In this document: positions 30,062 to 39,282 of the stretch, one piece after another
Position numbering within the stretch: position 1 is the stretch's first letter
Layout of the letters: each line of letters opens with the position of its first letter
Source of the DNA: Euryarchaeota archaeon UBA130
GTDB lineage: Archaea; Thermoplasmatota; Poseidoniia; Poseidoniales; Thalassarchaeaceae
Length of the DNA: 64,000 nucleotides
Assembly (NCBI GenBank): GCA_002505775.1
Contig: DAVY01000006.1
Span: forward strand, 9,318-73,317
Direction of reading: 5' to 3'
Notes under the pieces: model-generated
Told to the model about the DNA's origin: nothing
The model's database searches: none
What the model saw: the letters and a program-made list of their open reading frames with translations, nothing else
Made by a program: the position numbers and the translations under genes

Positions 30062-31107
30062 GACTCTACGAGCTTCTCTAGCTGGGGAGTACTAAGATAA
30101 ATATCATACTCATCTTGCAAATCATAAGCCGCCATGTTGATTGAATTCCTTACCTTTAGTAGCTGGTATGGCTTATCAAGGACATAAGTTATCCTCCAAA
30201 TCACTGCATTGTTTGAGTTTTCTCTAATAGTAATTTTAGGTTCTCTAAGGGAGTCGAGCGAAGAGCTAGAAGCGGAGACAGTTTCATATATGGCATTCAG
30301 ATAGCTTTTCACCTGACTACTAGGAATGCCATATCCGATATGGAACTCCACAAAATCTTTGAATGGTCCGCCTTTAGATTTCCTCAAATAATCGGTCCTG
30401 TATTGCAGAAGATTGTAATTTGGAATCTCTATTTCATGCCCCTGCGCTAGATCCCTAATTCTGGTCTGCAGACCCCTAATCTCCAATATGATTCCGAGAA
30501 TGCCCGCTTCAGGAATCGAGACCACATCCCCTCTCTTTGCACTGTTTCCGCCTATCACCAATATTCCGCTCAGGAAGTCCCTCAGCCAGTAATCCTTAGT
30601 GGTAAATACTATCAATGCTAGGAAGCCAATGACCCCCGTAGTCTCAAGTAGCCCGGTGATATCCCATACGTTGATTAATCCAATAATCACGGTCATTACA
30701 ATAACCGAAAACGCAACTAATTCCAAGGTTCTGGAGGTTGGAGTCTCTACCTTTCTAGATACTCCCATCACCTCTATATCCTCGCCGTACTTAGATAGAA
30801 GTAATGCCTCTATGGCATTGAAAATCAGATAAGAAGCGAGAAGAGTAAGTGAAGTTCTGCTGACCTCATCTGCAGGGAATTCTTCATCAACTAAAACCAG
30901 GGATGCTATGAATGATATGAAGACAAGAAGATTGAACCAATGGAGTATCCTAGTTCTAGACTTAATGGTATCCTCATCTATGTCTCTGTGGTGAGAAACA
31001 ATGCTATTCGAAAACAAATAAACAAAGATGTTGAATGCGAATGTAAAATATTCTATCCCGGAAAGATCTGCTAACCTTTGAGTGAGGACGTCTATAATTT
31101 CGCTCAT
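30058..31107 (-). CDS. Mechanosensitive channel MscS family
   Basis: TM helices followed by DFLSGIL, KRGDVV, GLQTRIR, IEIPN. Confidence 0.88.
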   Translation of the reverse strand: MSEIIDVLTQRLADLSGIEYFTFAFNIFVYLFSNSIVSHHRDIDEDTIKSRTRILHWFNLLVFISFIASLVLVDEEFPADEVSRTSLTLLASYLIFNAIEALLLSKYGEDIEVMGVSRKVETPTSRTLELVAFSVIVMTVIIGLINVWDITGLLETTGVIGFLALIVFTTKDYWLRDFLSGILVIGGNSAKRGDVVSIPEAGILGIILEIRGLQTRIRDLAQGHEIEIPNYNLLQYRTDYLRKSKGGPFKDFVEFHIGYGIPSSQVKSYLNAIYETVSASSSSLDSLREPKITIRENSNNAVIWRITYVLDKPYQLLKVRNSINMAAYDLQDEYDIYLSTPQLEKLVES

Positions 31108-31144
31108 ACCCTAGCCATTTAGTGGCAACGAATTAACGTATTCC

Positions 31145-31606
31145 CTATTTTTCAATTCTAAAGCGCCCCTTTATGGACTCAATGGATAATCCAGAAATCC
31201 ACAAGCTAAGGGCAATTCCTCCAATCTGTAGTAATAGTCTGACAATATGTCCGAAAGGAGAAAGTGACTCTCCACCCCCCAACTCCACATCATAAATCCA
31301 CATGTACAGATTGGCCGGGTACAGAAGGATAAGAAGTACCGCACTTGAGAAGCCAGCTCTTTCCCTGTAGTATGTTCCGTGATCAACAATAATCTCAAAC
31401 CCAGCGGTAACCAAGGCGACTCCGACCATTATTTCAGCCACACCACTGATTAGAACCCATAACTTAGCATATCCAAATATTGGAGGCACTATGGGCTCAA
31501 ACCATTCCGTATCTGTAAAGTGTAATACGCCTACATAGAAGAAGAAACAACCCCCAACTAAAGAAGAAACTCCTTTAGCGAAATTTGCTATAAAATAAGG
31601 ATCCAT
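31145..31606 (-). CDS. DoxX-like membrane protein
   Basis: GVLHF..FEPIVPP, ISGVAEI, YPANLYM, RLLLQ. Confidence 0.8.
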   Translation of the reverse strand: MDPYFIANFAKGVSSLVGGCFFFYVGVLHFTDTEWFEPIVPPIFGYAKLWVLISGVAEIMVGVALVTAGFEIIVDHGTYYRERAGFSSAVLLILLYPANLYMWIYDVELGGGESLSPFGHIVRLLLQIGGIALSLWISGLSIESIKGRFRIEK

Positions 31607-32131
31607 CTATTTTCGCTTCCATATTGAATATGTTGTACGAAACTCGTTGTTTTCATCTATTTCTGTTTCTTCCTTCTTGGTTTCGATCCAATTTTTCCTT
31701 TCCCAAACCGGGAAAACAACCTCTCCACTGTTTGATGTATGTACAGTCGTTAGATGAATTTCATCGACATGCTCTAGGAACATTTCGTAAATTTGCCCTC
31801 CCCCTATTATCCAACATTCCTCGCAACCATCGGCATATGCAATTTCTATCGCCCTTCCAGGGTACAACGCATTTTCTGCATCATCATGGCTCCAGGCTGT
31901 ATCTCTTGACATTACAATGTTCAGCCTGTCGGGCAAGGGCCTGAAGGAATCGGGCAGGGAATCCCAGGTCTTCCTTCCCATCACAACAGCATTGAAACCA
32001 TCCCCTTCCGTAAGTCTCCTGAACCTTGACAAGTCACTGGAAATCCTCCAAGGTAGATTTCCACGCTTCCCTATACATCCGTCTTCATCCATTGCTACAA
32101 TCATAGAAATCTTCATTTTACCATCTCTCAT
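31607..32131 (-). CDS. folA: Dihydrofolate reductase
   Basis: IVAMD, IG...[33 protein letters not shown]. Confidence 0.97.
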   Translation of the reverse strand: MRDGKMKISMIVAMDEDGCIGKRGNLPWRISSDLSRFRRLTEGDGFNAVVMGRKTWDSLPDSFRPLPDRLNIVMSRDTAWSHDDAENALYPGRAIEIAYADGCEECWIIGGGQIYEMFLEHVDEIHLTTVHTSNSGEVVFPVWERKNWIETKKEETEIDENNEFRTTYSIWKRK

Positions 32132-32922
32132 ACTGATATTGGGGCCGGTATATGTGGGTGATGTCGGTAATTTTCAATCTTTATACATGAATAATCGAAA
32201 TCATCGATAGAAGTTACGCCATCCTTTAGCTTCAGGGTGGGCAAAGGTAGTGGCTCCCTAGTAATCTGCTCCTTCGCTTGCTCAATATGATTGTTGTAAA
32301 GGTGGCAATCTCCCCCTGTCCAAATGAATTCCCCTGGTTCTAAACCACAAACTTGAGCCATCATGCATGTCAGGAGGCTGTAGGAGGATATATTGAAGGG
32401 GACCCCTAAGAAAGCATCCGCACTCCTCTGATATAATTGGCATGATAATTTTCCATCGTTGACGTAGAATTGGAAGAAAGCATGGCATGGCATAAGGGCC
32501 ATCTCATCCAACTCCCCCACGTTCCATGCAGAGACAATAATCCTCCTACTTTCGGGGTCTCTCTTTATCATCTCCACTGCTTTGCTAATCTGGTCAATGA
32601 CTTTACCATCTTGCGATTCCCATTTCCTCCACTGTTTGCCGTAAACAGGACCAAGATTGCCATTCTCATCAGCCCACTCATTCCAGATTCTTACCCCGTT
32701 CTCTTGTAAGTATCCAACATTAGTCTCGCCCGATAAGAACCATAACAACTCATGTACCACACTTGGCCAGTGTATTCTTTTTGTTGTCACTGCTGGAAGT
32801 CCCATTGACAAGTCGAACCTCATCTGATGACCAAAAATTGAAATTGTTCCAGTGCCGGTACGATCACCCTTCGAAATTCCTTCATCCAAGATACGGCGTA
32901 GGAAGTCGAGGTATTGCTCCAT
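32128..32922 (-). CDS. thyA: Thymidylate synthase (bacterial ThyA type)
   Basis: [42 protein letters not shown]. Confidence 0.99.
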   Translation of the reverse strand: MEQYLDFLRRILDEGISKGDRTGTGTISIFGHQMRFDLSMGLPAVTTKRIHWPSVVHELLWFLSGETNVGYLQENGVRIWNEWADENGNLGPVYGKQWRKWESQDGKVIDQISKAVEMIKRDPESRRIIVSAWNVGELDEMALMPCHAFFQFYVNDGKLSCQLYQRSADAFLGVPFNISSYSLLTCMMAQVCGLEPGEFIWTGGDCHLYNNHIEQAKEQITREPLPLPTLKLKDGVTSIDDFDYSCIKIENYRHHPHIPAPISV

Positions 32923-32962
32923 GGGTCTCCGTAAAAATGACAGTCCTTCAAGGATGCGGAAA

Positions 32963-33739
32963 TTATGGAGCTCCCATCGATTCTATAGTCGACATCAGCT
33001 GATCCGTGAAATCACGATAAAGTACCTTCATTATAGAGCTCTTACCATGTTCATCAATTTCGATTAGGTTTCCTAACTGAGAGCTTGTGAAATTTCCCCC
33101 GTCTTCAGAACCTAGCCACTCACCAAATGTCACAGGCTCACCGATATTTACCTCCACCTTCTTCCAAAATCGAACAAAATTGGCTCCTGGAGGCATTACT
33201 TCTCTTGAACCTATGATTGAAATCGGGAAAACTGGAATATCTGGAAAACTGGCTGCAATTCTAGCAACTCCGGTTTTTCCACGTTGTAAAAATGGGGGAC
33301 TGTCATTCCTAGATCTGGTCCCTTCTGGGAATATACCTAGCGCGTTTTCACTCATCAAAACATCATGGGCTTTAGAAAGCGCATCTTTGGCACCCTCAGA
33401 TCGAAGCGTCTCAATCATTCCATTACTTTTCATAATAAATCTGTTAGGCTGTTTTTGAAAGTGCCCCTCCTTGGCGAGATAGAATACCTGCCTTCTGGCA
33501 GCAAGAATTTTGAAAATCGGGTCTAGGTTTGAAACATGATTGGAAGTAAGAATCATCGGCCCTTTACTAGGAAGTCGCTCAAGCCCAGTGTAACTAATAT
33601 TGAATGTGAATCTAACAATGGGGCTCAGGTATCTTACTAGGAATCTGTACATAAGGGGGACGGAAAAATCTTCCTCCGTACCTCCTATATCTGAAATCTT
33701 GGAGAAATTAATGATATCTTCCGGGCTGAGTTCAGGCAC
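32963..33739 (-). CDS. plsC: Lysophospholipid acyltransferase (PlsC family)
   Basis: NHVSNLD (HxxxxD), [22 protein letters not shown]. Confidence 0.92.
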   Translation of the reverse strand: MPELSPEDIINFSKISDIGGTEEDFSVPLMYRFLVRYLSPIVRFTFNISYTGLERLPSKGPMILTSNHVSNLDPIFKILAARRQVFYLAKEGHFQKQPNRFIMKSNGMIETLRSEGAKDALSKAHDVLMSENALGIFPEGTRSRNDSPPFLQRGKTGVARIAASFPDIPVFPISIIGSREVMPPGANFVRFWKKVEVNIGEPVTFGEWLGSEDGGNFTSSQLGNLIEIDEHGKSSIMKVLYRDFTDQLMSTIESMGAP

Positions 33740-33834
33740 ACTCTTCCCAAGACGAACCCGGTTTCACTGTTTGGTATTCAATGACAAGTATTCTAGACAT
33801 TTGTCCCCTCCGGCTTACTGTGCAATTGCGTAAG

Positions 33835-34920
33835 ATGGCGGGAAGCTCCCTAGTTTTATTGATAGTATTGCCCTTCCTAGCTTCTCCTGTAGTGGGGGAG
33901 TGGAGCGAGGATACATGGCTTGCGAATATAATCGGGCCAGAGAGGTTAGAAAACGGAGATGAGTTTGGATGTCATGGGTACGAGGGTATTTCAATCTCCG
34001 AGAATTATTGGGTGATCGAGGGATGCAAAGAGTACCTGATGGACAGTACGAATGCATCTAGATGGGGAAAAACACCGATTTCGTTCGGGATTCCTGGTCC
34101 GACAATTGATCAGCTTACAGCGTCACAACTCATCTCTTCTGGATTCATGATTGTTGGAGACGTGTTAGATGGAGCTCCAGAAGGTATGATTTCAGCTCAT
34201 AGGAATGGAGGGAGTCTCGAAAAGGGTGTTGCGGATACGGCTTTATTCGAATCTGTAGATGAAGACTCATTGCTGAGTATATATTGGAGGGCCAGAATTG
34301 ACGATCTCAGGGTTAGAGAAGATAAAGATGCGATATCATGGCTAGAAAAGCAGGACCTTTGGTACACAACTTGGGGCGAGTGGAATATGCACAAATCCTC
34401 TTCAAAAAATACCTCTCTTTCGATTATTGGCTCAGAGATACACTCACTTTCAGAATATAGTGATGGTGCATGGTCTGTTCCTGGTACGTCGTTAATCCAA
34501 TTTGATACTGATGTCTCCGGCGTGTTTGACTCTAATGGCAACCCATATCCTGTGATTCCTGTCGAATCGAAGAAGTTACAGATCGGATGGAGGAATGTGT
34601 CAGGGGGAATATTGCTGACTCAACATCCTGGAACGAACATAATTGTCCAACTAAGTGAAGCCCCAGAATCAGCCTCAATAGAGCAAGCTATCACATTCAA
34701 TGGACATAGGAATGCTGTGACCATAGTGGGTCACCATACAACGAATCTCTTCCATTGGTCATCTGATTTTCAGGAGTCCCCACTAACCTTTACTTGGTTG
34801 ATTGAGAGGCCGTCCGAGGAGGAAATAGACTGGACTCTTCCAGTAATTGCAATAGCCACTCTAATCGCCGTACCTATTGCCGTAAATAGAGTGGTAAAAT
34901 CAGATAGAATGGATAATTGA
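33835..34920 (+). CDS. Exported hypothetical protein with C-terminal TM anchor
   Basis: Signal peptide (LVLLIVLPFLASPVVG), LWYTTWGE, C-terminal hydrophobic helix. Confidence 0.7.
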   Translation: MAGSSLVLLIVLPFLASPVVGEWSEDTWLANIIGPERLENGDEFGCHGYEGISISENYWVIEGCKEYLMDSTNASRWGKTPISFGIPGPTIDQLTASQLISSGFMIVGDVLDGAPEGMISAHRNGGSLEKGVADTALFESVDEDSLLSIYWRARIDDLRVREDKDAISWLEKQDLWYTTWGEWNMHKSSSKNTSLSIIGSEIHSLSEYSDGAWSVPGTSLIQFDTDVSGVFDSNGNPYPVIPVESKKLQIGWRNVSGGILLTQHPGTNIIVQLSEAPESASIEQAITFNGHRNAVTIVGHHTTNLFHWSSDFQESPLTFTWLIERPSEEEIDWTLPVIAIATLIAVPIAVNRVVKSDRMDN

Positions 34921-35970
34921 TTATGCTATTTCAGGTCCTGAAATTTCAACCCCATTTACTCTCATCAACTCTATTACTGATATCAAAACTTCTCTAGGGA
35001 GACTTTCAGGAGGGTGAACGCCACAAGGTAGCATGTTAGGATCTTTTAGCCACGAAATTATACACCCTAATGTTACCAATCCTGTAGTTCGTGCCATCGA
35101 AGAGTCCCCTCCAGATCCATGATCAATAACCACCCACCTCATTGCTCTATTCTCAGCGTCGTATGCTACAACTTCCATCCATGTGAACTCTGGTCTTTTT
35201 GGATCAAAGCACCATTCCTCCAACAGTTTTCGCTCGTCTAATTCCCCACTATTTCTCTCATCTATAAATTTCTGAATATGTCCCGGCCATCTAACGGTGT
35301 ATTCAGACATCTCTTCAGCTGGAATATTAGTCAAAACTGATCTAAGGCCATCAGTCAAGAATGCCTCCATAGTACCCTTCCCTCTAACATCGAAAAAATG
35401 CCTCTCCGAGAGAGCTGGAATTGTAACTATTCCAGAATTCCTAACAACCCTGGCTGGCCGAGTGTATTCTGCGATAACGTCATTTGGAGAGAATGGTGCC
35501 ATATATTTCCAAGCCCCATCGGGTTTTGTTGGATTCCCACCAACTCTAATTTCCGCTTTAGACATATATCCCATAACCCTGTAGGCCTCGGATAGTAGCA
35601 TATTTGACAACCCCGGGGCTATACCTACATCCCAAAGAATTCTTGAACCATTATTTTGTAATTCTATGCTACCATTATCTGGGGTAATCTCACTGAAGCT
35701 CAGGTCTACTATGGGCCATTCGCCACTAGATAGCTTTCTTGTAAGGTCGTATCCAATATTCCCCGGGAGCATGTTAACAACCAAATCAACATTATCGAAT
35801 GCAGACAACTCCACATCCATTGCATTGACCTTGACCATGGTAATGTTGGGATGGTCAAAAGAAATATTCGGGTCAAGATCGTAAACCTGTACTTTATACC
35901 CCTCCTCCGCTAATTTCCTCGCTACATAAGACCCTACAAGTCCAGCGCCAAAGCAATGGACAGTCTTCAT
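34921..35970 (-). CDS. Saccharopine/lysine dehydrogenase family protein
   Basis: GAGLVG Rossmann motif, VDLSF, DVGIAPGLSN, EAFLTDGLRS, RWPGH, SMARTTG; start reassigned to ATG 35970. Confidence 0.92.
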   Translation of the reverse strand: MKTVHCFGAGLVGSYVARKLAEEGYKVQVYDLDPNISFDHPNITMVKVNAMDVELSAFDNVDLVVNMLPGNIGYDLTRKLSSGEWPIVDLSFSEITPDNGSIELQNNGSRILWDVGIAPGLSNMLLSEAYRVMGYMSKAEIRVGGNPTKPDGAWKYMAPFSPNDVIAEYTRPARVVRNSGIVTIPALSERHFFDVRGKGTMEAFLTDGLRSVLTNIPAEEMSEYTVRWPGHIQKFIDERNSGELDERKLLEEWCFDPKRPEFTWMEVVAYDAENRAMRWVVIDHGSGGDSSMARTTGLVTLGCIISWLKDPNMLPCGVHPPESLPREVLISVIELMRVNGVEISGPEIA

Positions 35971-36068
35971 GCCCCTTCGTAGTTGATGCCCTCTATTGCA
36001 CCTTCGGTTAGATATATCGAGACATATTCCTGCGATGACTTGATTGAGTGGTCCATATTCCAAGGCCC

Positions 36069-37451
36069 ATGGACGGTGACGGTGCCATTGATCCATGGTC
36101 CTCAGAGGGAGACACTAATTACTCTCGAATAGTCAATAAATTCGGACTACAGAAGGTCGACCCGTCTTTACTCCCAAATCCTGGATTACTGCACAGGAGG
36201 GGCATAGTTTTCGCACACAGGGATCTTGATGTGGCTGTTAGGTGTATCAGAGACGGCTCTCCCCTTGGAGTTCTAACTGGACTGATGCCAAGCGGTGGAA
36301 TGCACTTGGGGCACAGCATGGTGATAGAGCAGGTAAAGTGGTTCCAGCAACAAGGTGCCGACGTTACAGTGGCAGTAGCTGATCTTGAAGCCCTCGCAAC
36401 AAGAGGAATCAGCCTCTCAGACGGACGTAGAACTGCAATTGAAGAATATGTGCTAAATTATGCTGCCCTGGGTCTAGACCCTTCAAACTCAAGCGTGTAC
36501 TTCCAGAGCGCGAGGCCAGATGTCCAGAGATTGGGATTTGAACTGGGAAGAAGAACCAATCTTTCAGAATTCGAAGCTATTTATGGATTTACTGGGAACA
36601 CAAATTTAGCCCATGTACAAGCCCCTATGGTGCAAGTAGGGGATATTGTCCATCCTCAATTAGAAGATTTTGGTGGACTAAGGCCAATTGTAGTCCCTGT
36701 TGGGATAGACCAAGATCCACATCTCAGACTAACAAGGGATATCGTGGCAAAGACACATTGGTTCAATATCAACCCGAGGAAGTCTGGTGGCCTAACCATA
36801 TCCCTCTCCATTCAGGATGACAACTCCAAAATTTTTGGCGTAGAGAACGGGGGGAGGATAAACAGAGAAATCAGAGCAAGTATCTTTCAAAGAGTCATTG
36901 AGATAGTCTCAACACTCGGATTTGCTGACTCTATCCCCAATCCCAAGCATGGGATATTGGAAATACCCGGTGCCACCAATTCAGACAAGTACTCAATTAG
37001 ACTTAGGCTACTAGGACTAGAGAGGGAACTTGGAGGTCTCGGCTTGATGACACCATGTTCCACCTATCACAGATTTGCCCCCGGGATGACAGGGGGCAAG
37101 ATGTCATCTTCAAAACCTGAGTCTACAATCTTCATGAACGATACGATAGACACAATGTCTAAGAAAGTAAAGAGAGCAGTGAGCGGAGGAAAATCAACAG
37201 TCGAGGAGCACAGAAGAATGGGTGGCGATTGTAGTAAGGATGTCCCATTCAAATACTTGGAATTCTTTTTTGAAGAGGATGACACTGCCATTTACGATAT
37301 TAAGAGAGAATACGAAAGCGGTAGGATGCTTGCAGGTGAAATGAAGCAACTCTGCATAGAGAAGGCTAGCGAATGGCTCGAAGAAATTTCTGAAAAAAGG
37401 GAGATGTGGAGAGATCGCATAGGAGAATTTTTAGCCCCAGACTCTAATTAA
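36069..37451 (+). CDS. trpS: Tryptophan-tRNA ligase (archaeal type)
   Basis: DPW, TGLMPSGGMHLGH, PVGIDQDPH, GGKMSSS, GEMKQ. Confidence 0.97.
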   Translation: MDGDGAIDPWSSEGDTNYSRIVNKFGLQKVDPSLLPNPGLLHRRGIVFAHRDLDVAVRCIRDGSPLGVLTGLMPSGGMHLGHSMVIEQVKWFQQQGADVTVAVADLEALATRGISLSDGRRTAIEEYVLNYAALGLDPSNSSVYFQSARPDVQRLGFELGRRTNLSEFEAIYGFTGNTNLAHVQAPMVQVGDIVHPQLEDFGGLRPIVVPVGIDQDPHLRLTRDIVAKTHWFNINPRKSGGLTISLSIQDDNSKIFGVENGGRINREIRASIFQRVIEIVSTLGFADSIPNPKHGILEIPGATNSDKYSIRLRLLGLERELGGLGLMTPCSTYHRFAPGMTGGKMSSSKPESTIFMNDTIDTMSKKVKRAVSGGKSTVEEHRRMGGDCSKDVPFKYLEFFFEEDDTAIYDIKREYESGRMLAGEMKQLCIEKASEWLEEISEKREMWRDRIGEFLAPDSN

Positions 37452-38055
37452 CATCTTCACTATTGAGGTCAAAAACTGGGTAAACTGGACCAGGGTCCAG
37501 GTCCTTAGCTTGCTCTTCGGAAATCTCTGTTGATGTCGCATCACCGTGAAGTATCTGACTGTGCCCAATGGGATCTAGCAATTCCAGAGTTACAACCTCT
37601 TGAGCGGTTTTCACAAGTTCTATTCTACCGAGAAGATTATCACATTTCCCCAATATTTCCGTATCCCCTTCACTTTCGGCCTGTCTCCTAATTGTCCCAA
37701 TCGCATCACAGAACCTCTCTAAGACCCCCTCCACATTAGAAATATAACCGGTGGAGCTTGAGCCCGGTGAGACCTCCAATCCCAATTCTGATATCCTGAC
37801 TGTGCATGAGGAAGATCTAACTACTCTGGCATCAAGGTGTGTATTGTCCTCTATTTTTAGTTTCCAAGAGCCCGGCTTTTTCCCTTCGGCAGGAATGAAA
37901 TCTGTAACTCTCCAGCCGCACTTGGAGCAAGACATTGTAATTTGAGTATGCTCCCCAAAATAGGGAATCTCAGATGTATGAGCTAGCATTCTCAGAGAAT
38001 TATCCTGCCCACAGATTGGGCACGAGTGCTCGACCATACTTTCCATAACTACCAC
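37444..38055 (-). CDS. ZPR1-type zinc finger protein
   Basis: CPICG..IPYFG..CSKCGW..D, VVRSS, GYISNVEGVL, DPIGHS. Confidence 0.95.
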   Translation of the reverse strand: MVVMESMVEHSCPICGQDNSLRMLAHTSEIPYFGEHTQITMSCSKCGWRVTDFIPAEGKKPGSWKLKIEDNTHLDARVVRSSSCTVRISELGLEVSPGSSSTGYISNVEGVLERFCDAIGTIRRQAESEGDTEILGKCDNLLGRIELVKTAQEVVTLELLDPIGHSQILHGDATSTEISEEQAKDLDPGPVYPVFDLNSEDVN

Positions 38056-38445
38056 TCATCTGCTCGTCGTACTTGAAAAACTCGATGGCAGTAACAAAAG
38101 TCTCTTTTCACCCAGTCTTAGTACCTCCCCGGAGATATCGTCCTCGACAAATCTTTGAATTTTATTCACTGCTACATTCAATTCAAGGTCGTTGTTGATA
38201 ATTTTCCCCATTTTAACTATGACAATATCCCCTTCAGAAACCCAATTCATAATCTCCGATATTCCGGTTAAATCTTGGAGCTCTGCCCTCCGTATTACTG
38301 TGTCACCGACTATTCTTGGTACGGGGGCATCTGGATATGAAGAGCCTAAGTCATGGTAATCTTGACCAGGTCCCAAACTCTCTCTATGAGTGTCAGAATT
38401 ACTCACTTCGATCCACTTTGGACTCTCTCGTTTACCCCTTGCCAC
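38056..38445 (-). CDS. sepF: Cell division protein SepF (archaeal)
   Basis: GDIVIV, DISGEVLRLGEKRLLLLPS; next to ZPR1 as in other Euryarchaeota. Confidence 0.8.
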   Translation of the reverse strand: MARGKRESPKWIEVSNSDTHRESLGPGQDYHDLGSSYPDAPVPRIVGDTVIRRAELQDLTGISEIMNWVSEGDIVIVKMGKIINNDLELNVAVNKIQRFVEDDISGEVLRLGEKRLLLLPSSFSSTTSR

Positions 38446-38595
38446 GATACTGCCGCTGTCATTTACCCCTTGATATATCCGGTTATTTGTCGAGTAATTA
38501 AGCTAGATGATTACGATTTTCTCGGACCACACTCCCGTCGGATTCATAAGGGGTTGACCTGAGAAAGGCTCGTCGGACTCACCGGCGGTGATTAG

Positions 38596-39222
38596 ATGGA
38601 TTCAACTTTAGACGCAGTTAAGACAGGCACCAGCACCATTGGAATAACATTCAATGGGGGTGTGGTTGTAGGAGCAGACCATAGGGCAACAATGGGACAT
38701 TTTATCGCAAACAAAAGCGTCAAGAAGTTATTCGACATATCTGACTATGTCGCTCTAACCACTGCCGGCTTGGTAGGGCACGCCCAATCGCTCTCGAGAA
38801 CGCTTTCTGCTGAATTGAAACTTTACGAATTAAAACAGGGTAAGCCGATGACAGTTAAGGGTGCGGCGACACTCACCGCGAACATCCTTGTCGGAAGGCC
38901 TCACTATGTTCAACTGCTGATAGTAGGCGTCGACAGCTCAGGACCAAGTGTCTACAGCATAGACTCAGCTGGCGGATCGATACCAGATGTGTACTGCGCC
39001 ACGGGTTCTGGTAGCCCTTACATGTACGGCGTTTTGGAAGATCAGTTCAAACCTAACATGTCTGAGAAGGACGCACTCAAGGTAGCTGCTAAGGCACTAC
39101 TGGCTTCAGCCCAGAGGGATGCGGCAAGCGGAAACGGCATGGACCTAGCGGTAATCACCCCCGAAGTTGGATATAGACAACTAACAGAGGAAGAGGTATC
39201 TTCCCTAATCCAATCCCTATAA
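38596..39222 (+). CDS. psmB: Proteasome beta subunit
   Basis: KTG|TSTIG processing site, ADHRATMG, TGSGSPY, RDAASG. Confidence 0.97.
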   Translation: MDSTLDAVKTGTSTIGITFNGGVVVGADHRATMGHFIANKSVKKLFDISDYVALTTAGLVGHAQSLSRTLSAELKLYELKQGKPMTVKGAATLTANILVGRPHYVQLLIVGVDSSGPSVYSIDSAGGSIPDVYCATGSGSPYMYGVLEDQFKPNMSEKDALKVAAKALLASAQRDAASGNGMDLAVITPEVGYRQLTEEEVSSLIQSL

Positions 39223-39240
39223 CACTCACCAAGTGAATCC

Positions 39241-39254
39241 CCTGTCATGACAGG
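39241..39254. repeat. Perfect 14-bp palindrome CCTGTCATGACAGG between psmB and aCPSF1
   Basis: Read directly from sequence; function unknown. Confidence 0.6.
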
Positions 39255-39282
39255 ATGAATGGCGTGAGCTGGAAGTGAAAAA

